This document shows positions 31,042 to 40,247 of a stretch of 64,000 bases of DNA, one piece after another (the first letter of the stretch is position 1; each line of letters opens with the position of its first letter). The position numbers and the translations under genes are program-made. Source of the DNA: a bacterium (GTDB taxonomy: Bacteria > Patescibacteriota > Patescibacteriia > JAHIZJ01); assembly GCA_030699685.1 (NCBI GenBank), contig JAUYLJ010000027.1, positions 12,601 through 76,600 of the forward strand, read 5' to 3'. Below the pieces are notes generated by a model, which was given only the letters and a program-made list of their open reading frames with translations, had not been told where the DNA came from and searched no databases.

Positions 31042-31116
31042 TGGAGCGGGAGACGGGATTCGCACCCGCGACCTCTTCCTTGGCAAGGAAGCGTTCTACT
31101 ACTGAACTACTCCCGC
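31042..31116 (-). tRNA. tRNA-Gly(GCC)
   Basis: GCGGGAGTAGTTCAGTAGTAGAAC...loop TTGCCAA...GGTGCGAATCC...CTCCA. Confidence 0.85.
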
Positions 31117-31149
31117 GTGATTTGAAAAATGAGTAAGCTGATCGAGACC

Positions 31150-31218
31150 CTGGCAGCGTTTCTACTAGTTGCGACCTCCCCGCCCGGGCGGGGCGTTCTA
31201 CCGCTGAACTACGCCCGC
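31150..31218 (-). pseudogene. degenerate tRNA-Gly-like pseudogene (intact 5' half, GC palindrome CCCCGCCCGGGCGGGG in anticodon arm, degenerate T-arm)
   Basis: 5' half GCGGGCGTAGTTCAGCGGTAGAAC matches tRNA-Gly; no pairing T-stem or acceptor 3' strand. Confidence 0.45.
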
Positions 31219-31321
31219 ATGTGTCTGTAGACTACTGCCCGGTAGAACCAAGTCCTGCGCCAGAGACACGAGGCTTTACCGGAAACCCCTGAATAAGAGT
31301 TTTGTCCCGCAGCCCACACTT

Positions 31322-31398
31322 TGGAGGCCAGGAGGGGATTTGAACCCCTGAATAAGGGTTTTGCAGACCCTCGCCTTAGACCACTTGGCTACCTGGCC
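31322..31398 (-). tRNA. tRNA-Cys(GCA) with CCA
   Basis: GGCCAGGTAGCCAAGTGG...loop CTGCAAA...GGTTCAAATCC. Confidence 0.85.
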
Positions 31399-31551
31399 AA
31401 TAGCCTCCAAAATGTGAGCACGGGATCCCGCCTTTCTAAAAATTATGAAAATTCTATTGGGCGGGACAAAACTTTACCGTACTACCCGGCGACCAGGCCG
31501 CACAATTCCATAGAATGCTGCACAACTAACGCAGTAGAACTATACCAATCC

Positions 31552-31590
31552 AAAACGAGGCGGTCAATGCCGCCCCGTTTGGTTCTGATA
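31552..31590 (-). terminator. intrinsic terminator downstream of 3D-domain gene
   Basis: minus-strand GGCGG-CATTGA-CCGCC followed by TTTTGG. Confidence 0.5.
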
Positions 31591-31597
31591 ACTTTTT

Positions 31598-32116
31598 TTA
31601 GAGAATTTCCATCCTGACCACACGCACTCCCCATTGCTTAGCCTCTTGCTTGCTAGGCATCCACATATCGACGTGGTGTAGGCCAGCACCGGTAGGCAGC
31701 CGGTCCTCGACTCTGAAGATTTGCTCTCCGAATACGTCGGGCATTCGTACTTTCGTGCCAAAGGGAAGGTGGTTGTAAGCAACAGTCCCTTTGCTCGTCC
31801 TTTTGCCCGAGGCGGTGATGAATGGGTCACCCTGGGTTTCGTCAGGCGAACTGGAGTACGCGGTCACTGTTAAGAGTATTGATTTTTTAGCAACTCGATC
31901 GGGAATTTCCGGTAGTCGCTCCGCTTGTGGCGTTTGTAATTCGTTGACTGCGTCCACGGCTACAAGCATTTCGTTCCGTTCGGCGATGGGGCGATCCTTG
32001 AGTACTTCCCCCAGAACTGCCTGCGGATAGATTAATTCCATTAGACCAAGTAACGCTAGCACTGATAATATTTTTCTTCGAGTCCTCCACCGACGGGTGG
32101 AAATCATAGGGTTCAA
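31598..32116 (-). CDS. 3D-domain (MltA/YuiC-like) cell-wall-associated protein with signal peptide
   Basis: TVTAYSSSPDETQGDPFITASG...GTVA...G 3D-domain motifs. Confidence 0.6.
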   Translation of the reverse strand: MNPMISTRRWRTRRKILSVLALLGLMELIYPQAVLGEVLKDRPIAERNEMLVAVDAVNELQTPQAERLPEIPDRVAKKSILLTVTAYSSSPDETQGDPFITASGKRTSKGTVAYNHLPFGTKVRMPDVFGEQIFRVEDRLPTGAGLHHVDMWMPSKQEAKQWGVRVVRMEIL

Positions 32117-32998
32117 TTAATAGTGAGTCATGAGTTTCCGCGTGATTACGAATTGGCGAAAACCCACCCCCCAAACAAAAAAATCCTGTTGTGTTGCAGG
32201 ACTTTCTCTTTCTGCCTCTATACTATCATGGGGGGATACTTCTGTCAATAATATTGTGCGACGCATACCGTGCCTACGATTTCTTGAGTGAAAGCGGGCA
32301 AGAAATTGGATGGGATCACTTTCGCGACCGTAATACTTAAAGGCGTTCTAATCGAACGCCTGAGCTGTTTTTGTATATGTCTAGAGGTGGTATACTTGCC
32401 AAATGAATGTAATTTCGGAACGAGATATCCAGCTAGATCAGAAAAACATCCGCTACACGCTCAAGGTCAGCCGGCGCGCCCGGCATATGCGTTTAACCGT
32501 GTCGTGCGAGGGGGCGGGTCAAGGAAAATCGGGAGAAGGTTAAAAAAAATAGACATGAGGCATTGGGAACATAAACAAAAAGGACTAACCAACGAGGGTC
32601 AGTCCAGGATCGGTACGCCGTCTTCAACTAGATGGCCGCCGGTTATCTCGAATGTGGCTGGATCAATCCGGCACCCCTTCCAGGTCCATCGCCGATAGAG
32701 CGCCGGAAGAAAAAAGATGTAAACGAAGTGACCCAAATGAACAATTGAAAGTCTGTAGAGATACATGGTCTCCTCCTATTGCAGAAGCCGCAGATTTCAG
32801 AATGACAAGGGATGTTATCACATATTTCCAAAACTGTCAATATCATGAAGTATTTCCCCTTGCACGCCTCTCTGGGTCAGCCTGCGCCAGGCTTCAGCTG
32901 ACTTAGTCGAGAGATATTTTATTATTAGGTCGAGAAATATTTACTTATTTTTCGAGCAAGGCGGTTTCATATTTATTTGCCCTATTAATTACCAAAGT

Positions 32999-33910
32999 GT
33001 GGCCGTCGGCACTTCTGATCCTCGTTATGGCGGTGAACTGATTGGCGCGAATATCAGTCTGAGTGAAGGCGACTACTTCCCCCAAGACACGAACGAACAT
33101 GTGGCGATTCTTGGAAAGAGTCTGGCTGAAAAAAACAGCCTTGGTGTCGGATCGAGTTTTACCGCCTTTACAGTCAGCATCACGGTCAGCGGTATTTATG
33201 ACGCCGGCAACGATTTCGCGAATAACTCAGTTATCTTCCCCATCCAAACTTTGCAACAACTTTCCTCGCAAGATGGACAAGTCACCTCAGCACTTGTCAG
33301 AGTAGATTCAGCTGATAACCTCGCTGCCGCCAGCGCCGCAATCAGCGCTCAGTTAGGCGATAGAGCGGATGTCATCTCTTCAGAAGACACGATCGCTCAG
33401 GTGATTGAACCACTTGAGAATATTCAAACTATTACAACAACGAGCCTTATTGGCGCGCTGCTGGCGGCAACTATTATCACCCTGCTGACCATGATCATGA
33501 TCGTACGCGAACGACGGAAAGAAATCGCCGTCCTCAAGGCAATTGGCGCGAGTGATCCGAGTATTGCCGGCCAATTTATGAGTGAGGCGGTGATGTTGAC
33601 TTTGCTTGGTGGAGTACTTGGTTCAGTGCTGGGCTTCATTTTCAGTAATCCTATACTTTCCTCACTGCTGCGTTCATCCAGCAGTGAATCGCAACTCGGT
33701 GCTGGACCAGCCAGAGGCGGGATCGTCCAATTCGCGGTGGGCGGTTTCAGAACACTTGGAAATAGCGTTCAAGATCTTCGAGCGGTGGTTGATTTCCAAC
33801 TCATCGCCTACGGCTTTCTTGCGGCCATTCTGATCGCGATTATCGGATCGGCATTTCCGACTTGGCTTATTGGTAGAGTTCGTCCGGCTGAAGTATTACG
33901 TGGAGAATAA
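32999..33910 (+). CDS. FtsX-like ABC transporter permease (MacB/LolE type), apparently lacking N-terminal TM1
   Basis: periplasmic domain followed by 3 C-terminal TM helices; GTG start is the first in-frame start after the TGA at 32846. Confidence 0.6.
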   Translation: MAVGTSDPRYGGELIGANISLSEGDYFPQDTNEHVAILGKSLAEKNSLGVGSSFTAFTVSITVSGIYDAGNDFANNSVIFPIQTLQQLSSQDGQVTSALVRVDSADNLAAASAAISAQLGDRADVISSEDTIAQVIEPLENIQTITTTSLIGALLAATIITLLTMIMIVRERRKEIAVLKAIGASDPSIAGQFMSEAVMLTLLGGVLGSVLGFIFSNPILSSLLRSSSSESQLGAGPARGGIVQFAVGGFRTLGNSVQDLRAVVDFQLIAYGFLAAILIAIIGSAFPTWLIGRVRPAEVLRGE

Positions 33911-33912
33911 GC

Positions 33913-34587
33913 ATGTTAACCGTACAAAAACTATCCAAAACATTCAGCAGCGGAAATAGCTCTGTCCACGCGGTCCATGATGTCAATTTCAACCTGGGAT
34001 CAGGCAAACTCGCTGCTATCATTGGGAAGAGCGGCAGTGGCAAAAGTACGCTTCTCGCCCTCCTTGGGACGCTTGATGAGGCTGACACGGGCAGCATTCA
34101 AGTAGAAAAAGATGATGTGACGCGCTTTAGTGAACAGGAGCTGCTTCGCTACCGCCGCTCGACGATTGGTTTCATCTTCCAAAGCTATAACCTGATCCCA
34201 AACTTATCCGCACTCGAGAATGTAATGCTGCCAATGGAATTTAACGGCCTGGCCGGTGAGAAACGAAAAAAACGCGCTATTCGTCTTTTAACACAAGTCG
34301 GTCTCACTGAAGATAAGATACAACGCCGCCCCGGCAAGCTCTCGGGTGGCGAGCAACAACGAGTGGCCATTGCTCGGGCTTTAGCCAATACGCCCAAGCT
34401 TATCTTAGCAGACGAGCCAACAGGGAATTTAGATACCCAAACGGCTAAAACGATTATTCACTTGCTGCACAATCTCGCCAAGACTGAACACGCCACTATT
34501 ATTATAGCGACTCATGACGCCGAGGCGGCACAACATGCTGATCAGGTGTTTCGCCTGCGAGACGGACGTTTAGCGCAAATTCGCTAG
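33913..34587 (+). CDS. ABC transporter ATP-binding protein (MacB/LolD-like)
   Basis: Walker [12 protein letters not shown], signature [15 protein letters not shown], Walker [12 protein letters not shown]. Confidence 0.85.
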   Translation: MLTVQKLSKTFSSGNSSVHAVHDVNFNLGSGKLAAIIGKSGSGKSTLLALLGTLDEADTGSIQVEKDDVTRFSEQELLRYRRSTIGFIFQSYNLIPNLSALENVMLPMEFNGLAGEKRKKRAIRLLTQVGLTEDKIQRRPGKLSGGEQQRVAIARALANTPKLILADEPTGNLDTQTAKTIIHLLHNLAKTEHATIIIATHDAEAAQHADQVFRLRDGRLAQIR

Positions 34588-34633
34588 CCACCTCATCAAG
34601 ATTTGTCTCAAATGAGGGTTGCCATGGAACAAA

Positions 34634-35206
34634 TTATTTTTCTTCGCTTCTACTCAAAGACGAGCGCTGCCGATTCCAGCCCAGAGCCCGCCGGTAGACA
34701 AATTCCGCCACCGCGAAACCAGCTGGCACAACAATCATGTTGCCAATCAAGTTTAGTTTGAGGAAGGGCAGCCCAAGATAATACGAGTACAACAAACCGC
34801 CCAGATTCTTTTCATAAAACGGGGTAATAAGCCAGACTCCGAAGTTAGTATACAGATAAAAGAATATGGAAAAGGCCATCCCCGCCCCAAAAGCGGCAAG
34901 AACAATTTTATTGTTCAAGCGCAATTTCCGCAAAAGCAATCCGGCCGAAGCTCCGAGAAGGAAAGCCGACCAAGTAAAAAGAAAGATGTTGGTATTGCCA
35001 ATAATCATATCAGATCCGAACATGATACCGAGAGGCACCAGCACAGCCCAGAAGCCGCCCAAATACGCTCCCGCCAGCAAAGAAAGCAGCGTGACAAACT
35101 CAACGTTGGGAGCAATATCAAAAACGGTTCGGCTTATGATGCCAAAGCCAACCAGAAAAAGTGCAATAATGAAACGCGGAGAAATAACTTGTTTCAGTGT
35201 CCGCAT
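34634..35206 (-). CDS. ECF-transporter S-component-like membrane protein
   Basis: 190 aa, about 6 TM helices, size and topology of ECF substrate-capture components. Confidence 0.4.
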   Translation of the reverse strand: MRTLKQVISPRFIIALFLVGFGIISRTVFDIAPNVEFVTLLSLLAGAYLGGFWAVLVPLGIMFGSDMIIGNTNIFLFTWSAFLLGASAGLLLRKLRLNNKIVLAAFGAGMAFSIFFYLYTNFGVWLITPFYEKNLGGLLYSYYLGLPFLKLNLIGNMIVVPAGFAVAEFVYRRALGWNRQRSSLSRSEEK

Positions 35207-35209
35207 AGT

Positions 35210-35662
35210 CTAGTTGTCCAGTTTCTCAAAAACAAACTCGATTCTATCGCCGGACCGCACAGTATATTGCCCCACTCCCACAGCGGCCTGTTCACCGTTG
35301 ACGTAAAAAATCCAGTATCCATCGGCTGTCCCATTGGCCAACGAACCTATCTTTTCGACTAACACGCCAAAGTCATACTCTTTCGTTTCCAATACAACTC
35401 CGGAATCCGTGGCCGCCAGCCGCAGCGCGTCCAGCGCCGTCAGGCTCTCTTCAGGGCGGAATGTATACGAAAGTTCTTCTCCACCCGTCACTCTCACCGA
35501 AACGGTATCTCGCAACGTAACCGCTCCGGCAACGCTCGATTGGGTACGATTCTGAAGCGAGGCGATATATTGTTTAGTGGCCGAAGAATACGAGGTAATC
35601 AGGATTGTGGCAAGAGCCCCAAACACGACGGCAATGAATAATATGACTGAATTGCGCTTCAT
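35210..35662 (-). CDS. DUF4430-like (transcobalamin beta-domain-like) membrane-anchored protein
   Basis: N-terminal TM plus about 110-aa domain; paralog of 35799-36236. Confidence 0.5.
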   Translation of the reverse strand: MKRNSVILFIAVVFGALATILITSYSSATKQYIASLQNRTQSSVAGAVTLRDTVSVRVTGGEELSYTFRPEESLTALDALRLAATDSGVVLETKEYDFGVLVEKIGSLANGTADGYWIFYVNGEQAAVGVGQYTVRSGDRIEFVFEKLDN

Positions 35663-35798
35663 AATTGACCCAAATCAATGATAATGGCTGGCTGTAAACG
35701 CGGCCAAGCGTCTGCAATTGGCCGATACTCTGCCGCACCCCAATAGTACTGGGCGACATACTCCTTGTCAATCTGTCGGCGAGAGAAAAATACCAGCG

Positions 35799-36236
35799 TT
35801 ATTCGTAACGATACTCTATAATATCGCCTTCATGTACCGTCAAAATATCCGGACTGGCGAGGCTCGTCTCCGAATTGACGTAGATCGACCATTCGCCCGT
35901 GCCGGCTTCGGTCACCCAGTTGCCGATTCGACGCAAAAGTACTTTCCCGGAAGCGTCCTCTTCGACGACATAGTCTATTCCCGCCACGCCCGTCGCCACA
36001 TCCAACGCTTCGAGGACGGTGCTCGCGTCATCGATCTCGAAATTCTGCCGAAGCAGCGTATTTCCTCCGACGGTCATCACTACGGTAGCGACCCGTATTT
36101 CAATGCCCGCCACCTCAGGACGCTGGATGGATTGCATTTCAAAATTCTTCTCAGGAGCGGCACCAAAAACAATCACAACAGCCGCTCCAATAGCGAGAAG
36201 GGTAACGCCTCCAAGTTTCCAAGAAGAACGCGGCAT
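35799..36236 (-). CDS. DUF4430-like protein, paralog
   Basis: same architecture and conserved TVL.AL....G....Y.G positions as 35210-35662. Confidence 0.5.
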   Translation of the reverse strand: MPRSSWKLGGVTLLAIGAAVVIVFGAAPEKNFEMQSIQRPEVAGIEIRVATVVMTVGGNTLLRQNFEIDDASTVLEALDVATGVAGIDYVVEEDASGKVLLRRIGNWVTEAGTGEWSIYVNSETSLASPDILTVHEGDIIEYRYE

Positions 36237-36238
36237 AT

Positions 36239-36577
36239 TTAGCGTGAAAAATGAATCTTGCGAATGTGAATCAGGAAGTATTCCAAAACGATTCTGATCA
36301 GGACAATACCGCCAAGAGAAATGAGTTTTTCGGAACTGGGAATCACCACGGTCAAAATAATATCACCGGCTAGAAAAAAATCCAGTCCGATGACTAGCGA
36401 ACGCATGATGTTGTCGAGAAACTTATTGAAATGCGTCGTCCGCTTCAGCATCGAGTGATAGACCATCAGTATCAGGTCGTACACTCCCCGCGCCACGCCG
36501 ACTACAATCACAATTACGCCAATAAAGGAGATGTATGGATTGACGGCTTCGACTATTGTGACGAGTAATTCTTGCAT
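36239..36577 (-). CDS. small polytopic membrane protein, hypothetical
   Basis: 112 aa, 3 TM. Confidence 0.4.
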   Translation of the reverse strand: MQELLVTIVEAVNPYISFIGVIVIVVGVARGVYDLILMVYHSMLKRTTHFNKFLDNIMRSLVIGLDFFLAGDIILTVVIPSSEKLISLGGIVLIRIVLEYFLIHIRKIHFSR

Positions 36578-36607
36578 AGACCTTTTTCAATAAGACGCTG
36601 TTGTAGT

Positions 36608-37354
36608 CTAAACCCGATCAAGCAATTGGTCAATTATTTCCCGGAAAGTTTCGAGCGGAATTACGCCGGGAACGATCGAGCCGTTGATAAAGAAAGTGGG
36701 AGTTCCAGCTACACCAGCTTCCAGCCCGGCCTGAAAATCCTCCAACACTTCATCTCGATGACGTCCCGAGTCAAGGCAGGTATTGAACTGCTGGACATTG
36801 AGACCGGCTTGCTGAGCATATGTTTTCAAATTGCTCGACTCCAAGGCGTTCTGGTTCTGGAAAATCCTGTCATGGAGTTCCCAAAACTTATCCTGCTCGT
36901 GAGCGCACTCTCCCGCCTCCGCCGCGATTTGCGCTTCGGGATGAACGCTCGTGACTGGAAAATCACGATAGACATAATGAATGTCTGAACCGTACTCCAG
37001 CATGATAGTCCGGACAATACCCGAAGCCTGCCGGCAGAAAGGACATTGGAAGTCTGAAAATTCCACGATTTGCACTTTAGCGTCGGCCGTTCCGGCACTG
37101 GGGTCGTCGCTCGTGACGAGAGTGTTCAAGGCTGAGGTAGCGGGGACGCTTGGAATGGAAGAATTAGGCGAGTCAGTCGAATACGCCAGATCCCGAAAAC
37201 TGCCAATCACTTCATACGCAAACCAAATCACCGTACCTAAAAATATGATTATCGCTCCGATAAATGATACACCCCACCAGGTGGCAAACCAGCGTTTCCG
37301 GGTTGATGGAGAAGTTTTTGATTTATTTATTTTTTTTGCCGCGCTCAAAGACAC
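36608..37354 (-). CDS. DsbA-family thiol:disulfide oxidoreductase, membrane anchored
   Basis: CPFC active site (FSDFQCPFCRQ), N-terminal TM. Confidence 0.75.
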   Translation of the reverse strand: MSLSAAKKINKSKTSPSTRKRWFATWWGVSFIGAIIIFLGTVIWFAYEVIGSFRDLAYSTDSPNSSIPSVPATSALNTLVTSDDPSAGTADAKVQIVEFSDFQCPFCRQASGIVRTIMLEYGSDIHYVYRDFPVTSVHPEAQIAAEAGECAHEQDKFWELHDRIFQNQNALESSNLKTYAQQAGLNVQQFNTCLDSGRHRDEVLEDFQAGLEAGVAGTPTFFINGSIVPGVIPLETFREIIDQLLDRV

Positions 37355-37360
37355 TCCTTT

Positions 37361-38041
37361 CTATACGCAATTATACGCCGGGTCATCATTAGTATTGTAG
37401 CACAGACAGAATGGAGGGTCGCCCCCACGCAGTTCATAATAGAGCGGGTGAGTGCCCATGTCATTTTCCGCCACCTCAGGAGTGGCTTCAATCCGGCAAT
37501 GCATCAAATAACTCTGTACGTTACCATTCGCAAATTCCGTTGGATCAACGACGTAGCGGCAGTTATGCGGAGAGTCGTAATTTTCAAATTCTCCCAGAGG
37601 GTCGAAGAAAACTCCACCGTGCAAATATTCGGGCGATAAGTATCCCTCAAGAAATCCGTATGAGTTGGAATTTTCGTATCGCAAATCGCCACTGAGATAG
37701 ATAATTCCTCCGCAACTCCCGTCCGGCTGGATATGCGCGTATCGGAAGTCCCAGCGTCTATCGCCCCACTCGCCCTCCGCGGCATCTCCTGGATATTTTT
37801 CGTTATTGTAATAATAGAGCTCGATTGCGGTCCGGTAAGAATCGAAGGTGCCCACACGGTAGGCGTCCCTGGCTCTGGCGCGCGTATTGCCCAAAGTGAT
37901 CAGCGCCAAAGTGGAAAGCAGGCTGATAATCGAAATCACCACCAGCAACTCAATCAGGGTAAATCCTTTGACCGGGGTGAATGATTGGTAAATGTTTTTT
38001 TGTGGCACGCGATTAGTCACTCCTATGGCCTCGGCATACAA
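37361..38041 (-). CDS. type IV pilin/pseudopilin-like protein
   Basis: class III signal KGFTLIELLVVISIISLLSTLALITLG; C-terminal Cys pair. Confidence 0.7.
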   Translation of the reverse strand: MYAEAIGVTNRVPQKNIYQSFTPVKGFTLIELLVVISIISLLSTLALITLGNTRARARDAYRVGTFDSYRTAIELYYYNNEKYPGDAAEGEWGDRRWDFRYAHIQPDGSCGGIIYLSGDLRYENSNSYGFLEGYLSPEYLHGGVFFDPLGEFENYDSPHNCRYVVDPTEFANGNVQSYLMHCRIEATPEVAENDMGTHPLYYELRGGDPPFCLCYNTNDDPAYNCV

Positions 38042-38721
38042 TCATACATCGAGTCGTCATTTGTATTGTAACAAAGGCAAAAAGGCGGATCTCCGCCAGT
38101 CAGTTCATAATAGAGGGGATGCCTCCCCATGTCGTTTTCCGCTAATTCGAAAGATTCTTCGAGCCGACAATGCATCAAGTACTTCTGAACGTTTCCTTCA
38201 TCATACCCCACTCCATTGTTTTCTCGATCGGGATCCTGACCTACATATTCCTCCACTACATAGCGGCAGTTATGAGGCGTATCCAAGCCGGGAATCATCA
38301 AAGGGTCTTCAAACACACCCCCACGTATATAATCAGGTGAAAGGTAGACTTCGAGAAAACCGTGAGAGGTGCTGTTTTCGTATCGAAGGTCGGGGCCATA
38401 AAATTCGGGAGAGCCGCAGGATCCATCTGCTTGGGGAGTGCCGTAGTGGAATTCTCCACGATCTCTTCCGAATGGCCCAATAGACTGATCACCCGGGTAT
38501 CTTCCATTGTCATAATAGTACGTCTCGATAGCCGACCGGTATGCGTCAAAGCTTGCTACTCGGTAAGCGTCTCGAGCTCTGGCGCGCGTATCTCCGAGAG
38601 TAATCAAAGCCAAAGTGGAAAGCAGGCTGATGATCGAAATGACTACTAGCAACTCAATCAGGGTAAAACCTGGAATACGTTTTGAGAGCCAAGATAGTTT
38701 CGATTTCCCCCTCGACATCAT
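38023..38721 (-). CDS. type IV pilin/pseudopilin-like protein, paralog
   Basis: IPGFTLIELLVVISIISLLSTLALITLG; C-terminal GGDPPFCLCYNTNDD shared with neighbour; start taken at MMSRGKSK. Confidence 0.7.
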   Translation of the reverse strand: MMSRGKSKLSWLSKRIPGFTLIELLVVISIISLLSTLALITLGDTRARARDAYRVASFDAYRSAIETYYYDNGRYPGDQSIGPFGRDRGEFHYGTPQADGSCGSPEFYGPDLRYENSTSHGFLEVYLSPDYIRGGVFEDPLMIPGLDTPHNCRYVVEEYVGQDPDRENNGVGYDEGNVQKYLMHCRLEESFELAENDMGRHPLYYELTGGDPPFCLCYNTNDDSMYDCMPRP

Positions 38722-39092
38722 ATAGACAGTATACTCCAGATAAAAAAATAAAAACACCCAGCAATAGGGTGTTTTTAATACCAACTTTTCTGGCCGGTCG
38801 AGGTAATGAGATAATGCCTCGCGAACGCGGGGTCAGCTGCAGTACATGATGCGCTTTGAGGAGACCCCGCCAAGGCGGGGAAAAAACGATCAGATCATAC
38901 AGCTGAATTCAAACCTCGAACCGGCCGGAAAAAATGGTTTCCGAAATCTTCTTCCAAGCACTTCATCGTACCGATGCAGCTCTTGGGAAAAGGTCCGAAT
39001 CCGCGCGTCCCACCAGTCGTTACCAGGGAACCGCGGATTCGGATTGTCGGCGAGATCATCGATACAAGGATCGAATTACCCGCCAGACGCCA

Positions 39093-39209
39093 TCACTTAC
39101 TCCACCTTCTTTCGTTCCGCCTGGAGATGAGCCAGGCGGCCAGAACGATGAGAGCGAGTGGCGCCCCGAAGAGCACCGCCGGGTGCAGGGAAGAAATCAA
39201 CTCACTCAT
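39093..39209 (-). CDS. 38-aa single-TM peptide with basic C-terminal tail (not in ORF track)
   Basis: MSELISSLHPAVLFGAPLALIVLAAWLISRRNERRWSK; RBS GGGAGGTAGAAC directly upstream. Confidence 0.45.
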   Translation of the reverse strand: MSELISSLHPAVLFGAPLALIVLAAWLISRRNERRWSK

Positions 39210-39212
39210 GTT

Positions 39213-39302
39213 CTACCTCCCATCTTGCATCAGCCGGTACCGTTTCCACCCGCCATAGCCGGTGAAATCGAAGAACACGATCTGTACGGCCAGCTGGGCC
39301 AT
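39213..39302 (-). CDS. 29-aa peptide (not in ORF track)
   Basis: MAQLAVQIVFFDFTGYGGWKRYRLMQDGR; RBS GGAGGTGA; stop overlaps the RBS of the next tiny ORF. Confidence 0.4.
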   Translation of the reverse strand: MAQLAVQIVFFDFTGYGGWKRYRLMQDGR

Positions 39303-39339
39303 CAGTCACCTCCTGTTCTCAACTGGATCCCGTAACTGC

Positions 39340-39750
39340 CTAAAAGTCCGACACGGACTCGCGGGTTCCTTCATCATCGTAGCTCATCCCCAATGTACGA
39401 ACCTCGCTTGGAGACAGAAGGGAATACACAACATAGCCTGCAGTCACGTGCTGGAAAGTTTCCAGCAGTGAAAACACCCGTCGTCCGTGGCGTCGCATCA
39501 TTTCCGCGTGGTGCGAACAAAGGACCGCCACATCACCATCAAGCTCATCCCGGCTGATGTTGTACATCTCGCTCGCCGGAGCGAGATGCTTGCAACCGCG
39601 AATAGCACACTGGAATTGAGTGATAGTGTTCGGACCGCAAGCGGCCCGGATGCTGCACAACTTCCAGCCGATTGTACCCTCCGGAATCAATTTGATTCCA
39701 TTGGGTTTGAGAACAAACACGAGCTTGGTCACTACCCGGAGCACAAACAT
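39340..39750 (-). CDS. hypothetical Cys-rich protein (136 aa)
   Basis: RBS AAGGAGA 7 nt before internal ATG; multiple Cys/His suggest metal binding. Confidence 0.5.
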   Translation of the reverse strand: MFVLRVVTKLVFVLKPNGIKLIPEGTIGWKLCSIRAACGPNTITQFQCAIRGCKHLAPASEMYNISRDELDGDVAVLCSHHAEMMRRHGRRVFSLLETFQHVTAGYVVYSLLSPSEVRTLGMSYDDEGTRESVSDF

Positions 39751-39926
39751 AGCTGATCTCCTTCCCACTGGGAAGACTGAAGCAAAATCAATCGAATGAA
39801 CTCCTGCTCAATCCATCACCTTGTACGGCGGTGAATTCGGGAGGAGGCCTGTCACGATCTCTTGACTGCCCTGAGGGGCAGGGTATAGTGAAGCACACGG
39901 TAGGAAGTGTCAATGAAGGAAAAAGA

Positions 39927-40247
39927 ATGTCCAAACTTCTCAAAAAGGAATACAAGGGGGTAAGTAATGACCGGTTGGCGCGCATGATCGCGCGGGGCTT
40001 TGTTGACGTGGATAAAAGGTTTGATGAAGTACATGCGGAATTGGCCACCAAAGCCTCGAAAGAGGATGTGCACGGAGTGGAAACTCGGCTGGACAGGGTC
40101 GAAACACGACTAACCGGAGTGGAAACTCGGCTGGATGGAGTAGAAACTCACATCAACGGCCTTGAATTCAAGGTAGACCGAGCGCTCTACTCCGAATACA
40201 CTCATCTAGAACGACGAGTCAGTCGGCTCGAAAAAAAGGCGGGCTAA
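39927..40247 (+). CDS. hypothetical protein with four tandem 7-aa (21-bp) VETRLDx repeats
   Basis: RBS GAAGGAAAAAG before ATG 39927; coiled-coil-like. Confidence 0.45.
   Translation: MSKLLKKEYKGVSNDRLARMIARGFVDVDKRFDEVHAELATKASKEDVHGVETRLDRVETRLTGVETRLDGVETHINGLEFKVDRALYSEYTHLERRVSRLEKKAG

Noticed and set aside
31441-31560. Possible additional tRNA or small RNA between tRNA-Cys and the 3D-domain gene
   Set aside because: Could not fold a cloverleaf by hand; the only clear structure is the terminator hairpin at 31552-31590.
38846-39335. Arg-rich 85-133-aa plus-strand ORFs at the left end of the GC-rich island
   Set aside because: No RBS, low-complexity and Arg-rich as expected from GC-rich non-coding or antisense DNA; the short minus-strand ORFs with strong SD explain the region better.
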